A model generated the notes under the pieces. That model did no database searches, had not been told where the DNA came from, and saw only the letters and a program-made list of their open reading frames with translations. Of a stretch of 64,000 nt of DNA, positions 37,252 to 44,548 are shown in pieces. Location: the NCBI GenBank assembly GCA_017526525.1, contig JAFXRG010000053.1:29765-93764 (forward strand), in the 5' to 3' direction. The stretch's first letter is position 1, and every line of letters begins with the position of its first letter. Source of the stretch: Clostridia bacterium. GTDB taxonomy: Bacteria; Bacillota; Clostridia; Christensenellales; Aristaeellaceae. Both the position numbers and the translations under genes were made by a program.

Positions 37252-37378
37252 ACCGTCTGCGCTCAGACCGGGCAGCCCCGCAGCACATCTTTCTGATGCT
37301 TACTGCTGCTTCCGTCAGGACCTGACAGGGTTCACACTGAAAGATCGCACGGGACCCAATCTTCATCGCGCATACGGC
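37252..37378 (-). ncRNA. ffs: Signal recognition particle RNA, small (4.5S) type
   Basis: Minus strand GAACCCTGTCAGGTCC-TGAC-GGAAGCAGCAGTAAG helix-8 motif; ends pair (GCCGTATGCGC / GCGCAGACGGT); T tract follows; promoter TTGCAT-17-TATACT at 37386-37414. Confidence 0.9.
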
Positions 37379-37523
37379 GAAAAATAGTATATCTTTTTTA
37401 CCCGGGAAATGCAAGCCGGTTTTTTTTCGTTTTCCCGCCTTTCGCCCGAATTAGTCATTGACCCGCCTTCGTCTTCGGGGTAGAATAGGCCTGTTTTTGA
37501 AAAAACTTTCGGGGGGCGGGAGC

Positions 37524-39005
37524 ATGAAAATCGGTTTTGATCACAATCGGTACACCCGGATGCAGTCCGAACGGATTATCCAGCGGATCGACGAGTTTGG
37601 CGGCAAGCTGTACCTGGAGCTGGGCGGCAAACTGTTTGACGATTATCATGCCAGCCGCGTCCTTCCCGGTTTCCAGCCGGACAGCAAGGTGCAGATGCTG
37701 CTGAAGCTGAAGGACCAGGAGGAAATCCTCATCGTCATCAACGCGGACGATATTGAAAAAAGCAAGGTCCGGGGCGACCTGGGCATCACCTACGACCTGG
37801 ACACCCTCCGCCTCATCGACGCCTTCCGGGGCATCGGACTGTATGTGGGCTCCGTGGTGCTGACCCGCTGGGCCAACCAGCCGGCAGCCCTGGCCTTTGA
37901 GCAGCGCCTGAATTCCCTGAACATCCGCACCTACCGTCATTATCCCATTGCCGGCTATCCAACGGATATCGAGCATATCGTCAGTGACGAGGGCTTCGGC
38001 CGCAACGACTATGTCGAAACCACCCGCCCCCTGGTGCTGGTTACCGCTCCCGGCCCGGGCAGCGGCAAAATGGCCACCTGCCTCAGCCAGCTGTACCAGG
38101 AAAACCGCCGGGGCATCAAGGCCGGCTATGCCAAGTTTGAAACCTTCCCCATCTGGAACCTGCCCCTGAAGCATCCGGTCAACGTAGCTTATGAGGCCGC
38201 CACTGCGGACCTCAGCGACGTCAACATGATCGACCCCTACCACCTGGAAGCCTACGGGGAAACCACCGTCAACTACAACCGGGATATCGAAATCTTCCCG
38301 GTGCTCAACGCCCTCTTCGAGCACGTCTGGGGCAAGTCCCCCTACAAGAGCCCGACGGATATGGGCGTCAATATGGTGGGCATGTGCATCACCGACGATC
38401 CGGTGTGCCGCGTCGCCGCGGAAAAGGAAATCCTGCGCCGCTACTACGCGGCCCGCTGCTCTTTCCTGCAGGGCCACGCCGCGAAGGAAGAGGCGGAAAA
38501 AATCCTCCTCCTCATGAAGCACCTGAACCTGGATGATTCCCTGCGCCCGGTCATCGGGGAAGCCCGCCGCCGGGCGGAAGAAACAGAAAACCCCGCCCTG
38601 GCCATCGAACTGCCGGACGGGGAAATCATCACCGGAAAAACCACGGACCTGCTGGGGCCGTCCGCCGCGGCCATCCTGAACGCCGTCAAACACCTGGGCA
38701 ATATTCCCAAGGGCGTTCACCTGATCCCGCCGCAGGTCATCGAGCCGGTGCAGGAGCTGAAGTGTAAATACCTGGGCAACCACAACCCCCGCCTGCATTC
38801 GGACGAGGTGCTGGTGGCCCTGTCCGTTTCCGCCGCTTCCGATCCCAACGCGGCCCGGGCGCTCAGCATGCTGCCCCAGCTGAAAAACTGCGAAGCCCAT
38901 TCAACGGTCATCCTGCCCGCGGTGGACGATAACACCTTCCGCCGCCTGGGCCTGAACCTGACCTGTGATCCCAGCTACCAGAGCCATAAACTGTATCACC
39001 GCTGA
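37524..39005 (+). CDS. DUF1846 / UPF0371 family protein
   Basis: KLYLELGGKLFDDYHASRVLPGF, APGPGSGKMATCLSQLY, YAKFETFP. Confidence 0.9.
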   Translation: MKIGFDHNRYTRMQSERIIQRIDEFGGKLYLELGGKLFDDYHASRVLPGFQPDSKVQMLLKLKDQEEILIVINADDIEKSKVRGDLGITYDLDTLRLIDAFRGIGLYVGSVVLTRWANQPAALAFEQRLNSLNIRTYRHYPIAGYPTDIEHIVSDEGFGRNDYVETTRPLVLVTAPGPGSGKMATCLSQLYQENRRGIKAGYAKFETFPIWNLPLKHPVNVAYEAATADLSDVNMIDPYHLEAYGETTVNYNRDIEIFPVLNALFEHVWGKSPYKSPTDMGVNMVGMCITDDPVCRVAAEKEILRRYYAARCSFLQGHAAKEEAEKILLLMKHLNLDDSLRPVIGEARRRAEETENPALAIELPDGEIITGKTTDLLGPSAAAILNAVKHLGNIPKGVHLIPPQVIEPVQELKCKYLGNHNPRLHSDEVLVALSVSAASDPNAARALSMLPQLKNCEAHSTVILPAVDDNTFRRLGLNLTCDPSYQSHKLYHR

Positions 39006-39502
39006 TCCGGTTTGCCGCCCGCTTTCATTACCCGGCTCATCACGGTCTTTTTGCAGATCGGCAGGAAAATAAACGCCAGCACAAAGCCCAGGGCCAGGCT
39101 GATGCCCAGCGAGGGCAGGAACATGCCCGGGAAGGAAACCTTCGCCCCGTGGGCCGCGGCGTTCCGGTAAGCCAGCAGGATGTTTGCCAGGCAGATCAGC
39201 GGGGAAAAAAGCAAATCGGAGATCAGGCTTTCCGCCAGCCGCGCCTTCAGGCTTTCCGGCTGGCATTTTAATTTTGTACAGACATTTTTTGTGATTTTCC
39301 CCATGGGAACAATGTAACCGACCACCCAGCTGATGGCAATGCTCAGCGCCAGGGATATAATCCACCCGGGAAACGTGAAATGTCCGGACGACAGCTGGCC
39401 GGCCAGTGACTGGAAAAAGCTCATAACCAGGCCCATCATCATCCCGATGGCCTTGCCTGCCGCTCTCATCCGGGCCGGATCTGCCTGCCTGTGCAGCTGC
39501 AT
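38996..39502 (-). CDS. Hypothetical 4-TM membrane protein
   Basis: Four hydrophobic segments; RBS AAGGAGG. Confidence 0.65.
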   Translation of the reverse strand: MQLHRQADPARMRAAGKAIGMMMGLVMSFFQSLAGQLSSGHFTFPGWIISLALSIAISWVVGYIVPMGKITKNVCTKLKCQPESLKARLAESLISDLLFSPLICLANILLAYRNAAAHGAKVSFPGMFLPSLGISLALGFVLAFIFLPICKKTVMSRVMKAGGKPDQR

Positions 39503-39718
39503 ACAGGAACCTCCTTTATGATACTGTTGGTTTTCGGGAGTATTATAATCGAAAAACAAAAAAAATGCAAAAATTTTGCGGAACAGCCAAAAAAGCTTGA
39601 ATTACATTATTTAATATGGTAGTATAGCATAATGTAATGAGTCGTTATTGCAATATGTAGGTTTCTGATCCCGGAATTCGTTGTCATCTCATCCTGTTGG
39701 TAAAGGGGAACGTTTTTC

Positions 39719-41401
39719 ATGGACCTGGATGCAAAATATTACTGTTGTATTGAGCGGATCACCCGGGAGATGGTCAGCCCGGATCAGATCCAGGCGGATA
39801 AGCTTTATCCGGATCTGCAGGAGCTGTGCCGCCTGCTTCGGGTTGCCAAAGGGGTTACCACCTTCTATAACAGCCTGGCCATGGAACGGCGGGGCGAGGG
39901 CGAATCCTATACCCCCTTCGATTCCGGCGCGGAAACGGATCAGGTCCTGACTGTGCGGGGCGAGCTGGGCGGCATGATGGTGGGCCAGTGCAGCGTATAC
40001 CATGAAAAAGGCACCCCTCCCTGGACGGAGACGGAGCGCGTCCGGATCGATACCGTTCAGCGCATGATGCTGAACTTTGTCAGCAAGGACCGGATGGCCA
40101 TGCTCATCCGCAAAGCCACCCTTTTTGACGACGCCGGCTTCAGCAACATCCGCTTGTTCACCGGCACCGTGGAAAAGATCGGCAGCGAGCAGGGGCTTTC
40201 GCAATTCGGTATGGCCCGCTTTGACCTGAAGCATTTTTCCCTCATCAACCAGCAGCTGGGCCGGGAGCTCAGCGATGAGGTCATGAAAAACTATATCGGC
40301 CTCCTGGAGGAGGCCGCCGGGGAGTGCGGAATCGTCAGCCGCCTGGGCGGGGACAATTTCGTCATCCTGTTCCGCAAGGAAAACCTGGACGCTGTCATCA
40401 AAATCTTTGAAGGTGCGCCCGTCCGTTACGGCCGCGATGATGACGGCCGCGTCATGGTTTCCGTCAACGCCGGCGTGCTGGTCATTCCCGAAGATTTCTA
40501 CTATCACGATTTCGGGGACCTGATGGACCGGATCATCAACGCCTATTCCGTGGCGAAAACCGGCATCCGGGGGGATATCGTCTTCTCCAGCGATGAAATG
40601 CTCCAGCAAAAGGAGCATGCCATGCGCATCAAGCAGCTCTTCCCCGTGGCCATGCAGAACGACGAGATCCTCGTTTTCTACCAGCCGAAAATCAACATCA
40701 CCACCGACGCGGTGGTCGGGGCCGAGGCCCTGAGCCGCTGGTATCACAGCGGAAAGCTCATCATGCCCATGGAGTTCATTCCCGTGCTGGAGCAGTCCAT
40801 GGATATCTGCAAGCTGGACTTCTATGTGCTGGATCACGTCTGCAGGGACATCCGCCGCTGGATGGATGAGGGAAAACCGGTGGTCCGCATCTCGGTCAAC
40901 CTGTCCCGCCGCCACCTGATCGACCTGGACCTGCTGGATCATATCCTGTCCATTATCGACCGGCACCGGGTGCCTCATCATTTTATCGAAATTGAACTGA
41001 CCGAAACCACCACGGACGTGGAATTCAAGGACCTGAAGCGGATCGTTACCGGCCTGCAGGAAGCCGGCGTCTACACCTCTGTGGACGATTTCGGCATCGG
41101 CTACAGCTCCCTGAACCTGATCCGGGAAATTCCCTGGAACATCCTGAAGGTGGATAAAAACTTCCTGCCCCTCAGCGAGCAGGCCACCCAGAACCGGCAG
41201 AACATCATGTTCCACCACGTGGTCAACATGGCCAAAGAAATCGGCCTCATCTGCGTGGCCGAGGGCGTGGAAACCGGCGAACAGGTGGAAATCCTCCGCA
41301 AAAACGGCTGCGATATCGCCCAGGGCTTCTACTACGATAAGCCCCTTCCCGTCCGGGAGTTTGAAAGGCGCCTGGACCGGCAGTACTACGAAAGTCTCTG
41401 A
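39719..41401 (+). CDS. Soluble GGDEF-EAL protein (GGDNF variant)
   Basis: RLGGDNF; YQPK, AEAL, ELTE, DDFGIGYSS, EGVE, QGFYYDKP. Confidence 0.9.
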   Translation: MDLDAKYYCCIERITREMVSPDQIQADKLYPDLQELCRLLRVAKGVTTFYNSLAMERRGEGESYTPFDSGAETDQVLTVRGELGGMMVGQCSVYHEKGTPPWTETERVRIDTVQRMMLNFVSKDRMAMLIRKATLFDDAGFSNIRLFTGTVEKIGSEQGLSQFGMARFDLKHFSLINQQLGRELSDEVMKNYIGLLEEAAGECGIVSRLGGDNFVILFRKENLDAVIKIFEGAPVRYGRDDDGRVMVSVNAGVLVIPEDFYYHDFGDLMDRIINAYSVAKTGIRGDIVFSSDEMLQQKEHAMRIKQLFPVAMQNDEILVFYQPKINITTDAVVGAEALSRWYHSGKLIMPMEFIPVLEQSMDICKLDFYVLDHVCRDIRRWMDEGKPVVRISVNLSRRHLIDLDLLDHILSIIDRHRVPHHFIEIELTETTTDVEFKDLKRIVTGLQEAGVYTSVDDFGIGYSSLNLIREIPWNILKVDKNFLPLSEQATQNRQNIMFHHVVNMAKEIGLICVAEGVETGEQVEILRKNGCDIAQGFYYDKPLPVREFERRLDRQYYESL

Positions 41402-41410
41402 GCCTTTGGC

Positions 41411-41872
41411 TCAGATTCCCATTTTCTTCTTTTCTTTCTTTTCTTCATTTTCTTCTTTTTCAAGGGCGGCGGTCAGCGCCGCCCTCAGTTTTTCATACCG
41501 CAGCCTTTTTTCCTCTTTGGCAAAATGCACCCTCCGGTCCTGTTCCGGGCAGTTTTCATAGCACAGTTCCCGGTTGCCGAACTGCTCGCTGGTCAGGTCA
41601 AACACACATCCCCCCGCCTCGTTGAAGCAATGGAAGTTTCCGTCCTCCAGGGGCACCCCCAGCACCTTTCCGCCGTAAATATCCTGCATCAGGAAGGCCG
41701 TCACCGAGCACTGGCCCAGGGTCCGGTTCTCCTCCGTCCAGTCCTGCCGCATCCGGGGCGCGCAGGTCTCCGCGCACCAGATTTCCGAAAGCAGGTCGTA
41801 ATAATCCCGGGGCGTCCGTCCCCGGGCATCCCGCACCTCCGCCTCCTGCCAGCCGTAAAAACGATAGCTCAT
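41411..41872 (-). CDS. YunG-like protein
   Basis: W..EN..GQCSVTA...QD.YGG, HCFN, FDLTSEQF. Confidence 0.7.
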   Translation of the reverse strand: MSYRFYGWQEAEVRDARGRTPRDYYDLLSEIWCAETCAPRMRQDWTEENRTLGQCSVTAFLMQDIYGGKVLGVPLEDGNFHCFNEAGGCVFDLTSEQFGNRELCYENCPEQDRRVHFAKEEKRLRYEKLRAALTAALEKEENEEKKEKKKMGI

Positions 41873-41989
41873 TGCTCTTCCCTCCTGCCTGCATGATATC
41901 ACAACTTCGTGCGTTCCGATTGATTTTTCAGGATTTTTCCTGTATAATGCACTCACATTAAAATTTCATCGAAAGGATGGTTCTTTGCC

Positions 41990-42727
41990 ATGAAAAAACT
42001 GTTTGCTGTTGTTCTGGCCCTTGCCCTTTGCTGCCTGCTCCTTCCCTCCCTGGCGGAAAGCCCGGATCTCACCGGTACCTGGTACCTGAACCGCACCCAG
42101 ATCGAGGGAAAAAAAGTCTTCCTCGTTGAAAATGACTTCATCATGCTGGAGATCGCCGCGGACAACACCTTCACCATGTCCTCCTCCATGTATGCCGAAA
42201 CCAAATCCGGCACCGCGAAGGTGGAAAACGGCGTACTGACCCTCACCGCCGGCGAAGAAACCACGTCCTTCGTCATCGAAGGCGATGAACTCAAGTACGA
42301 CATCGGCACCCAGGTTCTTTACCTGTCCAGGACCCCCGGTGAAACCATGCCGCTGCCGGTTTTCGCCCCCGCCGAAAAGGCTGAGGACTTCAACGGCACC
42401 TGGCTTCCCGTTGCGCAGGTCGCTTACGGCTTCTATGTGGAGATGGACGAAGAAACCCGCGGCACCGTCGGCACGCTGACCATTGAAAACGGAAAAATCA
42501 CGGTCCAGACCGGCGCCGTCGAAGGCCTTTCTGTCGATCCCAGCGTTTATGAAGGCACCTTTAGCGACGGAATGCTGCTGGCCTCGGACAACACCCTGTT
42601 CCCCAGCGAAATGGGCCTCTCCCTGCGGGAAGACGGATCCCTCTTCTACGACGTTGCCCTGAAGATGTCCGAGGAGCTCACCATGGAGACCACTACCATT
42701 TTTGTCCGGGCGGAAGCCGAAAAGTAA
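41990..42727 (+). CDS. Secreted beta-rich protein with two GTW (lipocalin-like) repeats
   Basis: Signal peptide ...PSLA|ES; DLTGTWYL and DFNGTWL. Confidence 0.65.
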   Translation: MKKLFAVVLALALCCLLLPSLAESPDLTGTWYLNRTQIEGKKVFLVENDFIMLEIAADNTFTMSSSMYAETKSGTAKVENGVLTLTAGEETTSFVIEGDELKYDIGTQVLYLSRTPGETMPLPVFAPAEKAEDFNGTWLPVAQVAYGFYVEMDEETRGTVGTLTIENGKITVQTGAVEGLSVDPSVYEGTFSDGMLLASDNTLFPSEMGLSLREDGSLFYDVALKMSEELTMETTTIFVRAEAEK

Positions 42728-42739
42728 GCTTCAGCGCCT

Positions 42740-43285
42740 TCAAGTCCACTGAAGGATGTTGAGGATCATATGCATCACAGCGGGAACGGTTACCGTTCCC
42801 GTTTTTTTGCGCCCGGCTCCCAGCAGCAACCCCGCGGCAAAGGCGGCGGCCATCCGCGGAAGGCTGCCGTGCGCCGCGGCAAAAAGCAGCGCGCTGACCC
42901 AGATCGCCGCTCCCGGCCGGTCCTCCCGGTAAACCCGGTCGTAAATCAGTCCCCGGTACAGCGTTTCCTCCGCCAGCGGTCCCACCCCGCAGCGTGAAAG
43001 GAAAAGCCAGAGGGACGCGTCCCCTTCCGGCCTTCCGAAGCAGAGGCGCGCCAGCACTCCCGCCGCGGCTGCCGCCGCGGCCCCGAAAAGCACCGCTTTC
43101 CCGGGAAGCCGAAAAACCTCCCGACCCTTTTCCCGGGCGTACAGGGCCATAAGTCCTGCCGCCAGCCCCGTTTCCAGGCAGGCGAGCGCGGCTGCCGGCA
43201 ATCCTTTCCCTGCCAGGCGGAAAAGCATCCATCCCAGCGCCGCGGCAACGGCCTGTCCCCAGCGGATCAGCTCATTCCTTTTCAT
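42740..43285 (-). CDS. CPBP (CAAX/Abi) intramembrane glutamic protease
   Basis: PLAEETLYRG, FAAAH, HMILN; overlaps the upstream gene. Confidence 0.85.
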   Translation of the reverse strand: MKRNELIRWGQAVAAALGWMLFRLAGKGLPAAALACLETGLAAGLMALYAREKGREVFRLPGKAVLFGAAAAAAAGVLARLCFGRPEGDASLWLFLSRCGVGPLAEETLYRGLIYDRVYREDRPGAAIWVSALLFAAAHGSLPRMAAAFAAGLLLGAGRKKTGTVTVPAVMHMILNILQWT

Positions 43286-44522
43286 GGCCGTCCTCCGCCG
43301 CGCCCGTCAGCCGCTGCCGGACGTCCGTCAGGTAATCCGCAATGATCCGGATGGATTCCCCCGGAAAAGCCCAGGTTTCGGCGACGGCCTCCTTCCGGCC
43401 CTCGGCATAGGCCCGGGACTGCAGGCATTCCCGGATCATCTCCGGCAGCCGGTCCGCGTTTTCCGCCGTCATCTCCATGCCCACCTTCGGCAGGGCCCGG
43501 AAGGTCCACATTTCGTTGTTCAGCCACCCCGCGTCGTAGGGTTCAAAGTCAAAGTCCACGTCCGCGTAAATCACCGGCCGGTCAAACACCAGCGAAAAGT
43601 CAAAAATGACGCTGGAATAGTCGGAAATCAGCAGGTCCGTCCGGTACAGCACGTCAAAATTGTCGTTGTCAAAGTTCCATTCCAGCCGATCGTCCGCCGG
43701 AAACCGTTTCCGCAGCCGGTCTATCAGCTCCTTTTCGGAAACCAGGCTCTGGGGATGCGGCCGCAGGATCACCCGGTACCCGGTCTTCCGCAGGTTTTCA
43801 ATCATCGCTTCCCCGAACCGGTTGAAAATGCTGCTGGGGCCCCAGCTGGGGGCCAGCAGCACGGTGGTTTCGTGCTCCGGCGCCGGCCCCCGCTCCTCCA
43901 GCTTTTTCCGCAGGGCGTCCATGTGCGGCAGCCCGGCCATGACGCATTCCTTAGCCGGCAGCCCCCGCATTTTTTCCATCTCCCGGATTTCCCGAACCTG
44001 GTATTCCCCGCTCACCAGCACGGCGTCGTAGTAGTCCGTGCCGAACATCCGGTAGCAGGTCACCCCGTTGGCCGCGTGCAGCACGTGGACATACCACCGC
44101 ACCTCCCGGGACCGCTTCCACTGGTAAACGTCCAGCCCCGGCGTGCTGGAAAGCACCACGTCTGCCTGCAGCAGGTTCATCCGGGCGTAGGCCCGGTTTC
44201 CCTCCCCGATGAATTCCGTCCGGATATGTTCGGTTTTCACCTGCAGCATCGGGTCGTCCGGGGAGGCGGTCAGGTACAGTACGCTTTCCCCCCGCCGTTC
44301 CATCTCGTCGCACAGGGGCCTGAAAATCGTTTCATACCGCTTGCTGTCGGTAAAGAATACAAAGGGCGCCCGGCCGTCCTCCCGGCCCCGGCTCCCGCCC
44401 CGCCGCAGCAGGGTTTTCATTCTGACCCATCCGGTCCGGGCCGCGTAAACCGCCGCCCCCAGCACCCCGATCAGGATCGTGAAGAGCATGCTCCCCGTGC
44501 CGGGATCGATATAGAAATCCAT
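43272..44522 (-). CDS. CDP-glycerol glycerophosphotransferase family (TagB/TagF-like) with N-terminal YIDPGTGS-TM
   Basis: GLPHMD, LLAPSW, RPHP, DLLISDYSSVIFDF...RPVI. Confidence 0.85.
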   Translation of the reverse strand: MDFYIDPGTGSMLFTILIGVLGAAVYAARTGWVRMKTLLRRGGSRGREDGRAPFVFFTDSKRYETIFRPLCDEMERRGESVLYLTASPDDPMLQVKTEHIRTEFIGEGNRAYARMNLLQADVVLSSTPGLDVYQWKRSREVRWYVHVLHAANGVTCYRMFGTDYYDAVLVSGEYQVREIREMEKMRGLPAKECVMAGLPHMDALRKKLEERGPAPEHETTVLLAPSWGPSSIFNRFGEAMIENLRKTGYRVILRPHPQSLVSEKELIDRLRKRFPADDRLEWNFDNDNFDVLYRTDLLISDYSSVIFDFSLVFDRPVIYADVDFDFEPYDAGWLNNEMWTFRALPKVGMEMTAENADRLPEMIRECLQSRAYAEGRKEAVAETWAFPGESIRIIADYLTDVRQRLTGAAEDGHEKE

Positions 44523-44548
44523 CCTTCTCTCCTCCGTTTCCCGGCGTC

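Noticed and set aside
37252-37378. Possible glycine, ZTP or THF riboswitch upstream of glyA
   Set aside because: Carries the SRP helix-8 motif and has its own promoter and T tract; glyA has a separate extended -10.
38996-39005. 10-bp 3' overlap of convergent genes as antisense regulation
   Set aside because: Short stop-codon overlaps are common; nothing else supports a regulatory role.
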